DNA of 64,000 nt from Candidatus Xenobia bacterium (GTDB lineage: Bacteria; Vulcanimicrobiota; Xenobia; Xenobiales; QWHO01). The notes below the pieces were generated by a model. The model was not told the origin of the DNA and did not search any database. It saw only the letters and a program-made list of their open reading frames with translations. The stretch is from NCBI GenBank assembly GCA_045863235.1, contig BTUM01000012.1:32001-96000 (forward strand). The letters are read 5' to 3'. A program made the position numbers and the translations under genes. This document shows, piece after piece, positions 1-10,876 of the stretch (its first letter is position 1; each line of letters starts with the position of its first letter).

Positions 1-22
1 GGCGCCGGAGTATGGCTCCCCC

Positions 23-913
23 ATGCAGATCGAAGACGACGTTCAGGGCGAAGCCGTGCTCTTCGAGCACGAGACGCTGCAGGCCGTCCCCTGCCCCGAG
101 CCGTCGGTGCGTCCCCGACTGGCCTTCGTGGATGGCGTGCGGCACGTGGAGGCCAGCCTCTGGTATGCCGACGACCCGAGCTCCGAGCCTATCCCCGGCC
201 TGGCCGGTGTGGTGGCGGCCGGAGCCGTCACGCCCGATGGCGCCGGCAGGCTGAGCGTCTCCGAGGTGGTGGTCAAACGCCTGGCCATCTTCGGGGGCGG
301 GCGCAGCGCCAGCCTGCCCGAGCAGCCCGGCGGCTGGAGTTGGGTAGCCCTGGCCACCGAAAACACCACTCTGGATGCGCCTCAGCTCGAGCTGCAGCGG
401 CGCATGCGCGAGCAAGAGATGCTGCTGGCCGAGCGGCTGGCCGGGGCAGGCCACATCGTGGTGCTGGACGGTCCGCTCAGCCAGGTGCGCGGGCTGGCCT
501 ATCCCGTGGTGGGCTACGTCAAGACCCACCACCGACGGCTGCTCCCCTCCGAGGCCCACGACCTGGTCTCCACCCTGCGCGGGGGCGAGCGCTCCAGCCT
601 GTTCACCGTGAGCCAGCGGCACTCTTGCTACTTCCGACTGCTCGACCCCGGGCCCGATCGCCATCCCTGGTATGGCATCGTGCGCCTGGAGGTGCCCGGC
701 GACCTGGGCCGCGAAGAGTCTCGCTCGCTGGTGCAGGCCACCTGCGGCGTGTTGCCGCGCTATGCAGGGGTGGCCCACGTCGATCCGCGGGCGCCCCAGA
801 ACCTGCAGCCGGTGGCTGCCCTCGAGCGCGAGCTTCGCCGTCGCTGCGGCGATCGAGCGCTGGGTCTGCGAGCGGCCCGGGCCGCCGTACGTCAACTGGT
901 GGAGGTGCGCTGA
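23..913 (+). CDS. nurA: NurA-family 5'-3' nuclease (start may lie upstream of the window)
   Basis: AFVDG, VVLDGPL, GYVKTH and APQNLxPVxxLE motifs; directly upstream of a HerA-like ATPase. Confidence 0.8.
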   Translation: MQIEDDVQGEAVLFEHETLQAVPCPEPSVRPRLAFVDGVRHVEASLWYADDPSSEPIPGLAGVVAAGAVTPDGAGRLSVSEVVVKRLAIFGGGRSASLPEQPGGWSWVALATENTTLDAPQLELQRRMREQEMLLAERLAGAGHIVVLDGPLSQVRGLAYPVVGYVKTHHRRLLPSEAHDLVSTLRGGERSSLFTVSQRHSCYFRLLDPGPDRHPWYGIVRLEVPGDLGREESRSLVQATCGVLPRYAGVAHVDPRAPQNLQPVAALERELRRRCGDRALGLRAARAAVRQLVEVR

Positions 914-914
914 G

Positions 915-2708
915 ATGAGCCGAGTCGGCCTGGTCGACGGGGTAACCGAGGGAACCACCAGCACTTTTCGGGTGGTGCTCGACGACGATCAATACCTGCA
1001 GCTCGACGAGATCGTGGCCACCCGCCAGCAGTTGCCCGACGGGCAAGAGCATTTCACCTACGGCATCGTGATCGAGGTCTATAGCAAGATCGAGGGGGCC
1101 TCGTTCGCCACCGACACGGCCCGTATCGCAAGCGAGCACACCATGCCAGGCCACGCGGTGCGCACCGCCGAGGTGCGCGTGCTCCGCACCATGCCCGAGA
1201 TCTGGGTACCGCCCGCCCCCGGGGCGGCCGTGGAGCGGGCCACCGGAAGGCATCGCGAGCAGGCTCTCTATCTCGACCAGATGGCCCGGGCTCTGCCGCT
1301 GGCCCTGGACAACACCGGCCAGATGGTGCACCTCGACTACGATTTCTTAGACGGAACCAAGGGCGGCCACGTTTCCATCTCGGGCGTGTCCGGCGTGGCG
1401 ACCAAGACTTCCTTTGCCCTGCACCTGCTCTACATGCTGCTCGAAACCAGCCAGGGCAAGTCGATGCTGGGGGTGCACGCGGCCAACACGCGGGCCCTGA
1501 TCTTCAACGTCAAGGGCGAGGACCTGCTCCACTTCGACCGTTCCTCCTCAGCCTACGAGAAGCGCTGCCAGGCCGACCCGGCCCTGAGCGAGCATTGGCA
1601 CAAGCTGGGGGTGAGCCAGCCCGGACCGTTCAGCTCGGTGCGCTTTTTTGCCCCGCTCTCGCGCTTTGCCGAAGAAGGGGGATCGGTGGCCACCGACGTG
1701 CAGTCGCGCCCTTCCACCGAGATCACGCCCTACGGCTGGACGCCGCTCGAGTTCATTCGCCAGGGGCTGATGCGGTTCTGCTTCTCGGACGTGGACGACG
1801 CGCGCAACCAGCTCAGCTTCGTCGAGCAGCGGGTGCGCGTGCAACTCGCCCGCTGGGCCCACCCGGTGGAGAGCCTGCCCGGGGCGGCCGTGCTCATCCC
1901 TCCCGCCGAGGGCATGAGCTACAACCTGGAAAAGCTGAGCCAGGAGAAACGGGCGGCCCGGTTTGCGGGGGACGGTTTCGTGGTCGAGAACTTCCGCGAC
2001 CTGGTCGACTTTCTCAGCGAGCGACTCGAAGACCCTGACCGGGCCCGGGAGTGGACCGGCGGCACCCAGGCCGGCACGGTCAACGCCTTCCTGCGCCGCC
2101 TGCAGGCCATGGCCCCGCGCTTTGGCCACCTCATCACCCACCGGGTGCAGTCGCTGACCCTCGAGGGGGCGGGGGCGCCGCGCGAGAACGTGGTGGTGGT
2201 CGACATCAACAGCCTGCACGAAGACGGTCAGCGTTTCGTGGTGGGCTCGCTCCTGAGCCGCGTCTTCGAGGCCAAAGAGCGCGGCCAGCGCTTCCCCCTC
2301 CACTTCGTGGTGCTGGACGAGCTGAACAAGTACGCTCCCCGCCAGGGAAGCAGCCCGCTCAAGGAGGTTCTGGTCGACATCGCCGCCCGGGGCCGCTCGC
2401 TGGGCGTGATCTTGATCGGGGCCCAGCAGTCGGCCTCCCAGGTCGAGCCGGCGGTGACCCGCAACGCCGCCATCCGGGTGGTGGGGCGACTCGATGGGGC
2501 CGAGGCGACTTCGGACGACTACCGCTTCCTGAGCGCCGAGGTGCGCGAGCGGGCCACCCGGTTGCTGCCTGGAGCGATGGTGCTGGCCCAGCCGATGATC
2601 CCGGCACCCATCCCGTTCCGGTTCCCTTTCCCCAACTACGCTACCCGGGCCGACGAAAAGCCCGCGGTGAAACCGGAGGAGGTGGAAGAGCTCTTCGTGT
2701 TCCGCTGA
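915..2708 (+). CDS. herA: HerA/FtsK-family ATPase/helicase
   Basis: N-terminal HAS-barrel-like region, variant Walker A SGVSGVATKT, Walker B VVLDE, arginine-finger segment RGRSLG; ATG 1 nt after nurA stop. Confidence 0.85.
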   Translation: MSRVGLVDGVTEGTTSTFRVVLDDDQYLQLDEIVATRQQLPDGQEHFTYGIVIEVYSKIEGASFATDTARIASEHTMPGHAVRTAEVRVLRTMPEIWVPPAPGAAVERATGRHREQALYLDQMARALPLALDNTGQMVHLDYDFLDGTKGGHVSISGVSGVATKTSFALHLLYMLLETSQGKSMLGVHAANTRALIFNVKGEDLLHFDRSSSAYEKRCQADPALSEHWHKLGVSQPGPFSSVRFFAPLSRFAEEGGSVATDVQSRPSTEITPYGWTPLEFIRQGLMRFCFSDVDDARNQLSFVEQRVRVQLARWAHPVESLPGAAVLIPPAEGMSYNLEKLSQEKRAARFAGDGFVVENFRDLVDFLSERLEDPDRAREWTGGTQAGTVNAFLRRLQAMAPRFGHLITHRVQSLTLEGAGAPRENVVVVDINSLHEDGQRFVVGSLLSRVFEAKERGQRFPLHFVVLDELNKYAPRQGSSPLKEVLVDIAARGRSLGVILIGAQQSASQVEPAVTRNAAIRVVGRLDGAEATSDDYRFLSAEVRERATRLLPGAMVLAQPMIPAPIPFRFPFPNYATRADEKPAVKPEEVEELFVFR

Positions 2709-2715
2709 TGCTGAA

Positions 2716-3165
2716 TCAGCGGAGAATGATCCACTGCTCGCCGGGCTGGCCGGGAGTGGTGTCGATGAAGACCTGGCAGCGCTCGGCGCCCTTCACGTAA
2801 TCGAGCTCGATCAGGCCGTTCTCGGCCGGGGCGTGCAAGACTTCGTGGGTGGTCTGGCCGCAGTTGGTCTGACCCTCGATGTGGTGGATGAGCTGGTTGC
2901 CTTCGGCGCGCACCTGATCGGGATGGTTGCGGTAAAACCGCTGCAGCGCTTCCTCGCGACGAGGGTTGCGGCCGAGCAGGCAGCCGACCGGGTCGGCAGC
3001 TTCCAGGCGGCACAGCTCGCTGCGGTCGACCATCAGCCCGCTGAAGCTCGACTCGCTGACCCCCTGGCTCAAGAAGTCGGTCTCGTTCACCAGTGCCTTC
3101 AACTGCTCGGGCGGGCGGTTGGTGCGGCTGGCGGCAAACTCAATCAGGCGCGTGCTCACGTTCAT
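2716..3165 (-). CDS. hypothetical protein
   Basis: 149-aa ORF filling the gap between herA and sbcD; ATG with AAGA upstream; no recognised motif. Confidence 0.6.
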   Translation of the reverse strand: MNVSTRLIEFAASRTNRPPEQLKALVNETDFLSQGVSESSFSGLMVDRSELCRLEAADPVGCLLGRNPRREEALQRFYRNHPDQVRAEGNQLIHHIEGQTNCGQTTHEVLHAPAENGLIELDYVKGAERCQVFIDTTPGQPGEQWIILR

Positions 3166-3222
3166 CTTGAGGTGACTATAGAACCCCTGCCTGAAAAAAA
3201 ACTACTCGAAAGGCTCCAACCC

Positions 3223-4434
3223 ATGCGCATCTTCCACACCTCCGACTGGCACCTGGGCCGGCTCACCTACGGACAGTCCCGCCGGCCCGACCAGATTGCC
3301 GCTTTCGAGCAGGCCCTGGAGGTTGCGCGCGACTTCAAGCCTCAACTGGTGCTGCACTCCGGAGACCTGTTCGATGCCTCGCGTCCCAGCGTGGAGGAGA
3401 TGAGCCTGGCCCATTCCATGCTGCGCCGGTTGGGCGAGCTGGCCCCGGTGGTGGTGGTGGCCGGCAACCACGACTCGGGAGCCCTGTTCGAGCTGTTCGA
3501 GACCCTGCTCGGCGGCGGACGCCTGCACTTCGTACCCACCATCCGGGCCCCGAAAACCGGGGGGATCCTGGAGTTCCCGGGCGCCGGCTCAGAGCTGGCC
3601 AGGGTGGTCACCATGCCCTTCCTGCACGCCAACAGGGTCGTGGACGCGCTGGAGGTGAAGGGCGAGTGCCGCACCATGAGCTATGCCGACCGCGTGGCCG
3701 CCATCCAGGCCGCTTATGCCAGCGAGTTGGAGCGGAGCTATGATCCCGCGAGCCACATCCACCTGCTGGTAGCCCATCTGCACGTGGATGGGGCCACCTG
3801 GTCGAGGAGCGAGCGCCCCCTGCACGTTTCGGCCCACTATGCCTCTCGGGCCGGGTCGCTGCCGCCCGTCAGCTACGCCGCCTTCGGCCACATCCACAAG
3901 CCCCAGGCCCTGCCCGGCAACCTGCCCGGACGCTACGCCGGCTCGCTCATCCAGCTCGACTTCGGAGAGGAGGGCGAGACCAAGGAGGTCGTTTTGATCG
4001 AGGCCGAGCCGGCCCGCGCCGCCCGCATCCAAACCGTACCCATTACCGCCGGCCGGGCCCTGTGCACCCTGGAGGGCACTGTGGACGAGCTCGAGCGCAG
4101 GTCCGAGAGCATCGACCGGGAGCTGCTGCGCCTGGTCGTCCACACCCCCCAACCCACTCCGGGCCTGCCCGAGTGGGCCGCCCGCGTCTTTCCCCGGGCC
4201 ACCCTGCTGGAGGTAGGCGAGCGCAGCCTGGCCACCCGCCTCGAGCTGGTGGGCGAGGACCATCACGGCGAGACTTTCGAGGACCTGCAGCAAGCCTTTC
4301 GCGCCTACCTGGCCGACCACGCCCCCGAGGACCTGGATGGGGACCAGCTGCTGAGCCTGTTCGCCGAGCTGGCGGACCCGGAAGAGGTGGCCCCCCGAGC
4401 CGAGCTGGTGGCTCTGCAGGAGGTGACCGCGTGA
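3223..4434 (+). CDS. sbcD: SbcD/Mre11 exonuclease
   Basis: Metallophosphoesterase motifs SDWHLG, SGDLFD, AGNHD, AHL, FGHIH. Confidence 0.93.
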   Translation: MRIFHTSDWHLGRLTYGQSRRPDQIAAFEQALEVARDFKPQLVLHSGDLFDASRPSVEEMSLAHSMLRRLGELAPVVVVAGNHDSGALFELFETLLGGGRLHFVPTIRAPKTGGILEFPGAGSELARVVTMPFLHANRVVDALEVKGECRTMSYADRVAAIQAAYASELERSYDPASHIHLLVAHLHVDGATWSRSERPLHVSAHYASRAGSLPPVSYAAFGHIHKPQALPGNLPGRYAGSLIQLDFGEEGETKEVVLIEAEPARAARIQTVPITAGRALCTLEGTVDELERRSESIDRELLRLVVHTPQPTPGLPEWAARVFPRATLLEVGERSLATRLELVGEDHHGETFEDLQQAFRAYLADHAPEDLDGDQLLSLFAELADPEEVAPRAELVALQEVTA

Positions 4435-7391
4435 GACCGCTCAAGCTCACCCTCGAGAACCTGCGCTCCTATCGTGCCCGCCAGGAGATCTCGTTTGAGG
4501 ACCTGGGCCTGTTCGCCATCACCGGCTCGACGGGAGCGGGCAAGTCCTCGCTGCTGGAGGCCCTGGTGTATGCTCTCTACGGCTCGTGCACCTTCGACGG
4601 CCGCAGCGTCAAGGCGCTGATCTCGGACGGGCCGGGCGACCCGGTCATGACCGTGAGCCTGGAGTTCGAAGCCCGTGGCCAGCGCTGGCGGGTGGACCGC
4701 TCGTGCTCGGAAAAGGGCAAGAACCCGATCCACTGCCTCCGTCGCCTGGACGGCGAGGGGGCCTTTGACGGCCAGGCCGACGTCGACCGCCAGATCCGCC
4801 AGCTGGTCGGCCTGGACATGAGCCAGTTCCTCAAGACCGTGGTACTGCCCCAGGGCCGCTTCCAGCAGCTCTTGACGGCCGGAGACAAGGACCGCTCGGA
4901 CGTGCTCAAGAGCCTGCTGGGGCTGGACGACCTGAGCCGGGTGGCCGACACCGTGCAGGCTCGCTCGCGCAAGCTGTCCGACCTGCTGATCCGGGCCCGC
5001 ACCCAGCGCGAAGCGCTGGGCTCCGATCCGGCCGCCATCGTGGCAGGGGCCCGGGAAGCCCTGGAAGCGGCCCGTCAGCAGGAAGCCGCGCTGAACGAGC
5101 AACTGGAGAGTTGTCGAGGGGTGGCCGCAGCCCTGGCCTTGCGCCAGACCGAGTTGGAGGGCGTACACGGGCGCATCCAGCGAGCCGAGCAGCTGGCTCA
5201 AAGCTTTGAGGACGACCTGAGGGCCCTGGATCAACTGGAGCACCAGCTGACCCGCGAGCGCCAGGAGGCCGAGCAAGCTGTGCAGGAGAGCGAGACCGAG
5301 CGAGCCCGCCTGGAAGAGGTGAAAGCCGCACGGGAGAGCTCGGGGCGCACCCGCGCCCGGATCAACCAGTGGCTGGCCAGCGCCAGGCTGCTGTCCGAGC
5401 TCAAACCCCAGCTCGAGCGCGGCCAGCAAGAGTTGGAGCAGCGTCGCCAGGAGCAGCTCCGAAGCCAGGCTGACCTGGACGAGCTGCAGCGTCAGTCGGC
5501 CTTGCAGCCGGAGCGTCGCGAGCAACTGGTGGAGGCAGGTCAGAAAGCGCGCCAGACCCTGGATCAGGCCCGGGATCAGGCCGAGCAGGCTTCCCGCTGG
5601 CTGGAGCGTTGGCGCGAGGCCGGCGGGAGGCTGGACGAGCTGGGCCGCAAGCTCGAGAGCGAGCGCCGGACCCTGAACGACGAGAGCGGCCTGCTTTCTT
5701 CGCTGGAGGCCTCCCATCGCAAGGCCCAGGACGAGCTGGCCGCCAGCCGGGCCACCCGGGCCCGGCTCGAGCAAGAGCAAGCTGTGGCCGCGCTGGCCGG
5801 GCACTGCAAACCCGAGGACCCCTGTCCGGTGTGCGCCCGCCCCCTGCCCGAGGGCTTCCAGGCGCCGCGCGGGGAGGGGTTGGAAGAGGCCGTCGCCGTC
5901 GTGGCTGCCTGCGAATCTCGCCAGCAGCTGGCCTTCCAGACCTGGCAGGGAGCGGTGGCGCGAAGCCAGGCCCTGTCCACCCAGGTGGTCCGGCGCGAAG
6001 CCGAGGAGCTACAGGCGCGTCAGCAGGTGGAGGAGCTGACCGCAAAGGGTCGCGAGCTCCTGGGCGGCGAGACCGACTTCGAGCAGTTCGACGAATGTCT
6101 GCTGGCCGGGCCGCGCCAACGGCGCGAGCTGGCCGAGACCGCCTACGAGGCCTGCCGAACCGAGTATGCGGCCTTCGACGGCGAGTGCAAGAAGCTCGAG
6201 GCCACCATCGCCGAGCGCCAGAAGGCCTTGAACGCTCTGAGCGCCGAGCTGACCCGACGAGCAGAAGAGCTGGCTGAGCTGACCCGACGCTGCGCCGGGG
6301 CCGAGTCAGAGCTGGGAGAGCAGCAGGCGGCCGAGCTCGAGCGCGAGCTGGTCGAGCTCGAGAAGCTCGAGGGGCAACTGAACGCCGTGCTGGCTGAGGC
6401 CCACCGCCTGGCCCAGAGCCAGAATCAGTTGCATCTTCGAATTCAGACCGAGCTCGAGCAGCCCAGACGGGCTCTGGAGAACTCCCTGAACGAGCAGCGC
6501 GTTCAGCTGGCCAGGCTGGGGGTGTCGGTGGAAGTGGCTCCAGAGCCGCTCGAGACGGCTCGACGCCAGGAAGCCGCCCGACTGGCAGCGCTGGAGCGCT
6601 GGCGCGATGAGGAGCAGCTCGGCGCGGCCCGACTGGAGGCCGAGCGGGGCGTGCTGCAGCAGCGCCTGACCGAGCTGGGGGCGGCCAGCATGGACGAGCT
6701 CGAGAAACGCGGCCGGGAAGGCGAAACCGGCCGGGTGCTGGCCGAGCGAGCGCTCGCCGAGGCGCTGGCCAGGGAAGAGCGGGCCGCCACCCTTGACAAA
6801 GCCCTGCTGCCGGCCGAGCGGCTCGCTCGCAATCTCGACTTCATCCAGCAAACGCTGGGCAACCGCAAGCTGAAGAAGCACCCGCCCTTCTCGCAGTGGC
6901 TGCAGGAGCGTCGCCAGCAAGAGCTGCTCGAGCTGGCCAGCACGCGCCTCTTGGAGATGACCGGCCAGCAATTCGGCTTCAGCCCCAAGTTCGAGATCGT
7001 CGATAGAGGCACGGGGCAGGCCCGCAAGCCCGAGACGCTCTCGGGCGGGGAAACCTTCCTGGCCAGCCTGTCGCTGGCGCTGGCCCTGTCCGAGCTGGTG
7101 GGCCGCAAGGGCGGGCGACTGGAGGCCTTCTTCCTGGACGAGGGATTCGGCAGCCTCAGCCCTGAGTGCCTCGACCGGGCCCTGGATGCGCTCGAGAACC
7201 TGGCTGGCAGCGGTCGGCTGATCGGGGTGATCAGTCACGTGGGGGCGGTGGCCGAGCGGCTGGAGCGCATCCTGCGAGTCAGTCGCACCCCGCAAGGCAG
7301 CGTGGTGGAGGAAGTCAGCGGCTCGGGTCGGGACGAAGCCGCCCACAGCGACCTCGACCCGGCCCGGCTGGCCGCCCTGTCAGCCGGGTAG
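4431..7391 (+). CDS. sbcC: SbcC/Rad50 SMC-family ATPase
   Basis: GTG overlapping sbcD stop; Walker [10 protein letters not shown]-loop LPQG, long coiled coil with CPVC zinc hook, LSGGE signature, FLDEG, ISH. Confidence 0.93.
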   Translation: MRPLKLTLENLRSYRARQEISFEDLGLFAITGSTGAGKSSLLEALVYALYGSCTFDGRSVKALISDGPGDPVMTVSLEFEARGQRWRVDRSCSEKGKNPIHCLRRLDGEGAFDGQADVDRQIRQLVGLDMSQFLKTVVLPQGRFQQLLTAGDKDRSDVLKSLLGLDDLSRVADTVQARSRKLSDLLIRARTQREALGSDPAAIVAGAREALEAARQQEAALNEQLESCRGVAAALALRQTELEGVHGRIQRAEQLAQSFEDDLRALDQLEHQLTRERQEAEQAVQESETERARLEEVKAARESSGRTRARINQWLASARLLSELKPQLERGQQELEQRRQEQLRSQADLDELQRQSALQPERREQLVEAGQKARQTLDQARDQAEQASRWLERWREAGGRLDELGRKLESERRTLNDESGLLSSLEASHRKAQDELAASRATRARLEQEQAVAALAGHCKPEDPCPVCARPLPEGFQAPRGEGLEEAVAVVAACESRQQLAFQTWQGAVARSQALSTQVVRREAEELQARQQVEELTAKGRELLGGETDFEQFDECLLAGPRQRRELAETAYEACRTEYAAFDGECKKLEATIAERQKALNALSAELTRRAEELAELTRRCAGAESELGEQQAAELERELVELEKLEGQLNAVLAEAHRLAQSQNQLHLRIQTELEQPRRALENSLNEQRVQLARLGVSVEVAPEPLETARRQEAARLAALERWRDEEQLGAARLEAERGVLQQRLTELGAASMDELEKRGREGETGRVLAERALAEALAREERAATLDKALLPAERLARNLDFIQQTLGNRKLKKHPPFSQWLQERRQQELLELASTRLLEMTGQQFGFSPKFEIVDRGTGQARKPETLSGGETFLASLSLALALSELVGRKGGRLEAFFLDEGFGSLSPECLDRALDALENLAGSGRLIGVISHVGAVAERLERILRVSRTPQGSVVEEVSGSGRDEAAHSDLDPARLAALSAG

Positions 7392-7856
7392 CCCGGGTAT
7401 CACCGCCACGCCGTCGGGGTCGGCCACGAGATGCTGCCCCGGCTCGAAGCGCACCCCGGCAAAGCGCACCATGAGATCGCACTCGCCCCGGTCGCGCTTC
7501 AGGCTCTTCCTGGGGTTGGTGGCCAGGGCCTTGACCCCAAGCTCCAGACGGGAGAGGGCGGTGGCGTCGCGCACGCAGCCATAGATCACCAGGCCCGCCC
7601 AGCCGTTCTTGACGGCCAGCTCGCCCAGCTGGTCGCCGAGCAAGGCGCAGCGAAGCGAGCCCCCGCCGTCCACCACCAGCACCGCTCCCTGTCCGGGTTG
7701 CTCCAGCGCCCGGCGCACGAACGAGTTATCCTCGTGGACCTTGACGGTGCGCACCGGGCCTTCGAAGGTCAGCCGACCTCCGTAGTCGCGAAAGACGGGC
7801 TCGGCCACCTGCAGGCCGGGCGGATCCTGATCGCAAAGATCGGCGCAAGAAAGCAT
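7380..7856 (-). CDS. rraA: RraA family protein / HMG aldolase
   Basis: [32 protein letters not shown] motifs. Confidence 0.88.
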   Translation of the reverse strand: MLSCADLCDQDPPGLQVAEPVFRDYGGRLTFEGPVRTVKVHEDNSFVRRALEQPGQGAVLVVDGGGSLRCALLGDQLGELAVKNGWAGLVIYGCVRDATALSRLELGVKALATNPRKSLKRDRGECDLMVRFAGVRFEPGQHLVADPDGVAVIPGLPG

Positions 7857-7891
7857 CAGAGCCGGCTTCGGGCCTGGAGCAGGTCTCCCTC

Positions 7892-8041
7892 TCAGCGCTT
7901 CAGGGCCAGGTCGAGCCAGAGCAGCAAGGCCGAGATCAAGCCCATGAGCAGGCCAAGCTCGAGGTTGCGGTGACGCATGGGCACTTCGAAAAGCATCAAC
8001 AAGCTCAAGAGCGCCAACCCGACCACCAGCACGACACGCAT
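7892..8041 (-). CDS. small two-helix membrane protein
   Basis: 49-aa ORF with two hydrophobic segments, co-oriented with rraA. Confidence 0.45.
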   Translation of the reverse strand: MRVVLVVGLALLSLLMLFEVPMRHRNLELGLLMGLISALLLWLDLALKR

Positions 8042-8094
8042 CCTTGACAGTATGCCAGAGCCAGGCGCAGGGTTCAATTGCGTTCGACCTGAAC

Positions 8095-8700
8095 ATGCCC
8101 TCGATGACCGAGCTCACCTGGCACGACTGCCTGGCCCTGGCTGCCCGATCTCTGGTTCCTCTGGGTCTGGTACTGGCCCTGGGAGCTCCCGTACTTCGTC
8201 GGCTGGGGGGAAGTCGCGAGTCTCTGGCCTGGGGAGCCCTGACCCTCCTCCTGGTAACGGTTCTTCTGACTCAAGTCATCGCCTCGGCGGCCCGCCAGCT
8301 GAGCCAGCGCTACCAACCTCCCGGCTACAGAGCCCGCTATGTGAACCACGGCGGTCAGGTGGCCATGTGGGGAAACTACCACGTCGAGATCGCCCGCGAC
8401 GTGGCGGGAGAATACCGGCTCTGGGTGGCCGACGCCTACCGCAGGCCCATCTCGTCAGCTTTCTATTCGGGGCGGATCATCCCCGTTCCCGAGGGCGAGC
8501 CGGTTCAGCTGGAAACGAGCCTGGACCTGAGCTACGCCTTCGCCAAGCTCCCCAAGAAACTGGATCTGGTGCGGCTGGAGCTCGAGTTGCCCGGACAGAC
8601 CTTGCATTTTCGTTTTCGCTTCGGGGGCTCCGGACGGCCCACCGAGCTGCCCGAGTGGTGCGGCCCGACCGCCTCGCCCAGCCCCCCGGACAGGTCTTAA
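8095..8700 (+). CDS. hypothetical membrane protein
   Basis: Two N-terminal hydrophobic helices then a beta-rich domain (HGGQV...YHVE); next to a multicopper oxidase. Confidence 0.6.
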   Translation: MPSMTELTWHDCLALAARSLVPLGLVLALGAPVLRRLGGSRESLAWGALTLLLVTVLLTQVIASAARQLSQRYQPPGYRARYVNHGGQVAMWGNYHVEIARDVAGEYRLWVADAYRRPISSAFYSGRIIPVPEGEPVQLETSLDLSYAFAKLPKKLDLVRLELELPGQTLHFRFRFGGSGRPTELPEWCGPTASPSPPDRS

Positions 8701-8704
8701 CGGC

Positions 8705-10231
8705 TCAACCAACCACCTGGACGATCTGCATCATTCCCGTGTCCTCGTGGGTGAGGATGTGGCAGTGCAGGACGTAGACACCGGTAAAGTCGAGGAAGCG
8801 GCTGCGGATGATGACCTGACCGTTGGGGGGAATGTCCACCGTGTCACGCCATTCCGGCACCGGCGGGGCCACGCCGTTGATGGACATGACCTGAAAGTCG
8901 TTGATGTGGATGTGGAAGGGGTGAGTGACGTTGCTCGTGTTGGTCAAGACCCACTGCTCCACCGCTCCAAGCTGCACCGTCTGGTTGACCACGTCCGGGT
9001 CGAAGCGCACTCCGTCGATGGTAAAGTTCGGGAAACCGGGGGCCGGGCCGCCCGGACCGACCGCGAAGACCAGCTCGCGCTGGCCGGTCAGCTCATCGTC
9101 GGCGATGGGCAAGAAGGGGGCGGGCAGGTCGAACGGTAGATTCATGGTGACCGGGCTTCCAGCCACCTCGACGGTAGCCAGAACGACCTCGGGGTCGGGA
9201 TTGATCCCGGCGTTGCCCACCCCTTTGCGCAGGGAGTAGATGCCGGGGGCTCCCGCCCGGAACATCACGTCGGCCCGTCCCGCGGGTGGAAGAGAGATCT
9301 GATCGGGACGAGTGGCCGGTAAAGCGATGCCGTCGTAGGCGATCACGTTCAGCTCGTGGCCGTCGAGGAAGAGCGGCATCTCGGTGCGCACGGTGGCATT
9401 GATGACCCGCAGGCGGACCACCTCGCCCGGATTGACGACCAGGCGGGGCAAGATCTCGCCATTGACGGTGAGAAAGCGCTGGGTCAGCGGGAACGAGCCC
9501 GGGCCCATGAAAGCGGGCACCTGGCCGTCGGGGCCGATGTTCAGCTCGTGGATGATGGCCACGATGTCTCTGGCGAGGGCCACGGCCGGCACCTCATCGA
9601 TATCGCCCTGGATGATCAGGGCGCCGGCCATGCCGCTGAAGAGCTGCACCGAGGTGGAGCCGTGATGGTGGGTGTGGTACCAGTAGGTCCCGGCCGGATG
9701 GTCGGCCGGAATCTGATACTCGTAGTCAAAGGCCTGTCCCGGCCCGATCGACACGAAGATGTTGTCCGAATTTCCCTGAGGGGAGACGTGCAGGCCGTGG
9801 GTGTGGATGTTGGTGGTGTTATTGCCATGAGGAATGTTCTCGTCAGCCGGCATGACCATGTCATCCGCTTCGGCGGGTAGATTGTTGTTGACGCGCAGTC
9901 GCAGGGTGTCGCCGGGCCGAACGCGCAGCGTGGGGCCTCCGAGCAGCCCGTTGAAGCTTCGATGCGTGAAGGTCTGTCCAGAGATGGTGTGCTGGGCGAA
10001 ATCCACGTTCAAAGTGGCCTCGAGCAATCCCTCGGAGGACGTCAGCACCGGGGGCTGGGGGAACTCGGGCGGCGGTGGGACAGGGACCGGGAGCGGTGCC
10101 ACCGTGCCGGCGGTGTCGGTGCCGCAACTCGCGCTGAAGGGCATGCTGCTGGCCAGAGCCAGACCCAGTCCGGTTTTCAAGAGCTTGCGTCGTGTCCAGG
10201 CCACGGGGGTCCTCCTCAGAATGGCTTTCAA
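8705..10231 (-). CDS. multicopper oxidase, Tat-exported probable lipoprotein
   Basis: TRRKLL Tat motif, FSASC lipobox, copper motifs HTHG, WYHTH, HPFHIH, HCHILTHEDTGM. Confidence 0.93.
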   Translation of the reverse strand: MKAILRRTPVAWTRRKLLKTGLGLALASSMPFSASCGTDTAGTVAPLPVPVPPPPEFPQPPVLTSSEGLLEATLNVDFAQHTISGQTFTHRSFNGLLGGPTLRVRPGDTLRLRVNNNLPAEADDMVMPADENIPHGNNTTNIHTHGLHVSPQGNSDNIFVSIGPGQAFDYEYQIPADHPAGTYWYHTHHHGSTSVQLFSGMAGALIIQGDIDEVPAVALARDIVAIIHELNIGPDGQVPAFMGPGSFPLTQRFLTVNGEILPRLVVNPGEVVRLRVINATVRTEMPLFLDGHELNVIAYDGIALPATRPDQISLPPAGRADVMFRAGAPGIYSLRKGVGNAGINPDPEVVLATVEVAGSPVTMNLPFDLPAPFLPIADDELTGQRELVFAVGPGGPAPGFPNFTIDGVRFDPDVVNQTVQLGAVEQWVLTNTSNVTHPFHIHINDFQVMSINGVAPPVPEWRDTVDIPPNGQVIIRSRFLDFTGVYVLHCHILTHEDTGMMQIVQVVG

Positions 10232-10300
10232 GGGGCCTTCGCGGCCGTCGGGACAGGATTCCTCCCAGGGAGGAGGCCTCCGGGCGCAAAGTCCTCCAAA

Positions 10301-10684
10301 TCAGCCCAGCAAGCCCTCCAGGCTCTGCAACACATCTTTTTCATCCGGCCGGATCAGGGCCAGAATGGCGTGGTGATGGACGACCAGGTAGGACTTTCCC
10401 TGGTAGGTGAACTCGAAGGCTTCCTTGCGCAAAAAGTAGGCCAGGTCGCCCGGCTCGGCCTGCATGGGAAGAAACCGGATCGACTCTTTGGGCTGGGTCC
10501 AGGGCTCCTCGGAATACCGGGGATTGGCCATCAGATAGCCGGGGCCGACCTGAATCACGCGGCCCGTCTGGACCCGTTCCCGGTCGGTTGCGGTGGCGGG
10601 CAAGATCAGGCCCGACTGGGTGGTCTGCTCGCCCTCGAGAGGCTCGATCAAGACCCTGTCGCCAACCAGGATGAGCTCGCCCAC
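10301..10684 (-). CDS. GroES-like co-chaperonin (orphan)
   Basis: GDRVLIEP...TQSGLILP...GRVIQVGPG...GKSYLVV pattern; no groEL nearby. Confidence 0.8.
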   Translation of the reverse strand: MGELILVGDRVLIEPLEGEQTTQSGLILPATATDRERVQTGRVIQVGPGYLMANPRYSEEPWTQPKESIRFLPMQAEPGDLAYFLRKEAFEFTYQGKSYLVVHHHAILALIRPDEKDVLQSLEGLLG

Positions 10685-10820
10685 TACTCCTCGGCCGCTT
10701 TCTCGATGGCGGTGCCGTAGGCTCGATTCCAGCCGAAAGCGTGGACAGCAATGCTCATGGCCGGCACTTTGCCCGCCGCGCCGCGAAGTCCTCCGCCCGG
10801 CTCGGCAGGTTGTTGGTACA

Positions 10821-10867
10821 CGCGTTCGTCAGGTTGGGCTCATGTGCAAGACCAGAGTGCGAGCACA
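10821..10867 (+). repeat. dispersed intergenic repeat family A, copy 1
   Basis: 47-bp near-identical match to 33352-33398; core also at 42631-42652. Confidence 0.8.
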
Positions 10868-10876
10868 CTCTTCGGC

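Noticed and set aside
672..4430. Long N-terminal extensions in the ORF track for herA, sbcD and sbcC (similarly speD, nadC, rraA)
   Set aside because: They overlap neighbouring genes; family motifs and SD/overlap positions support the shorter starts used here.
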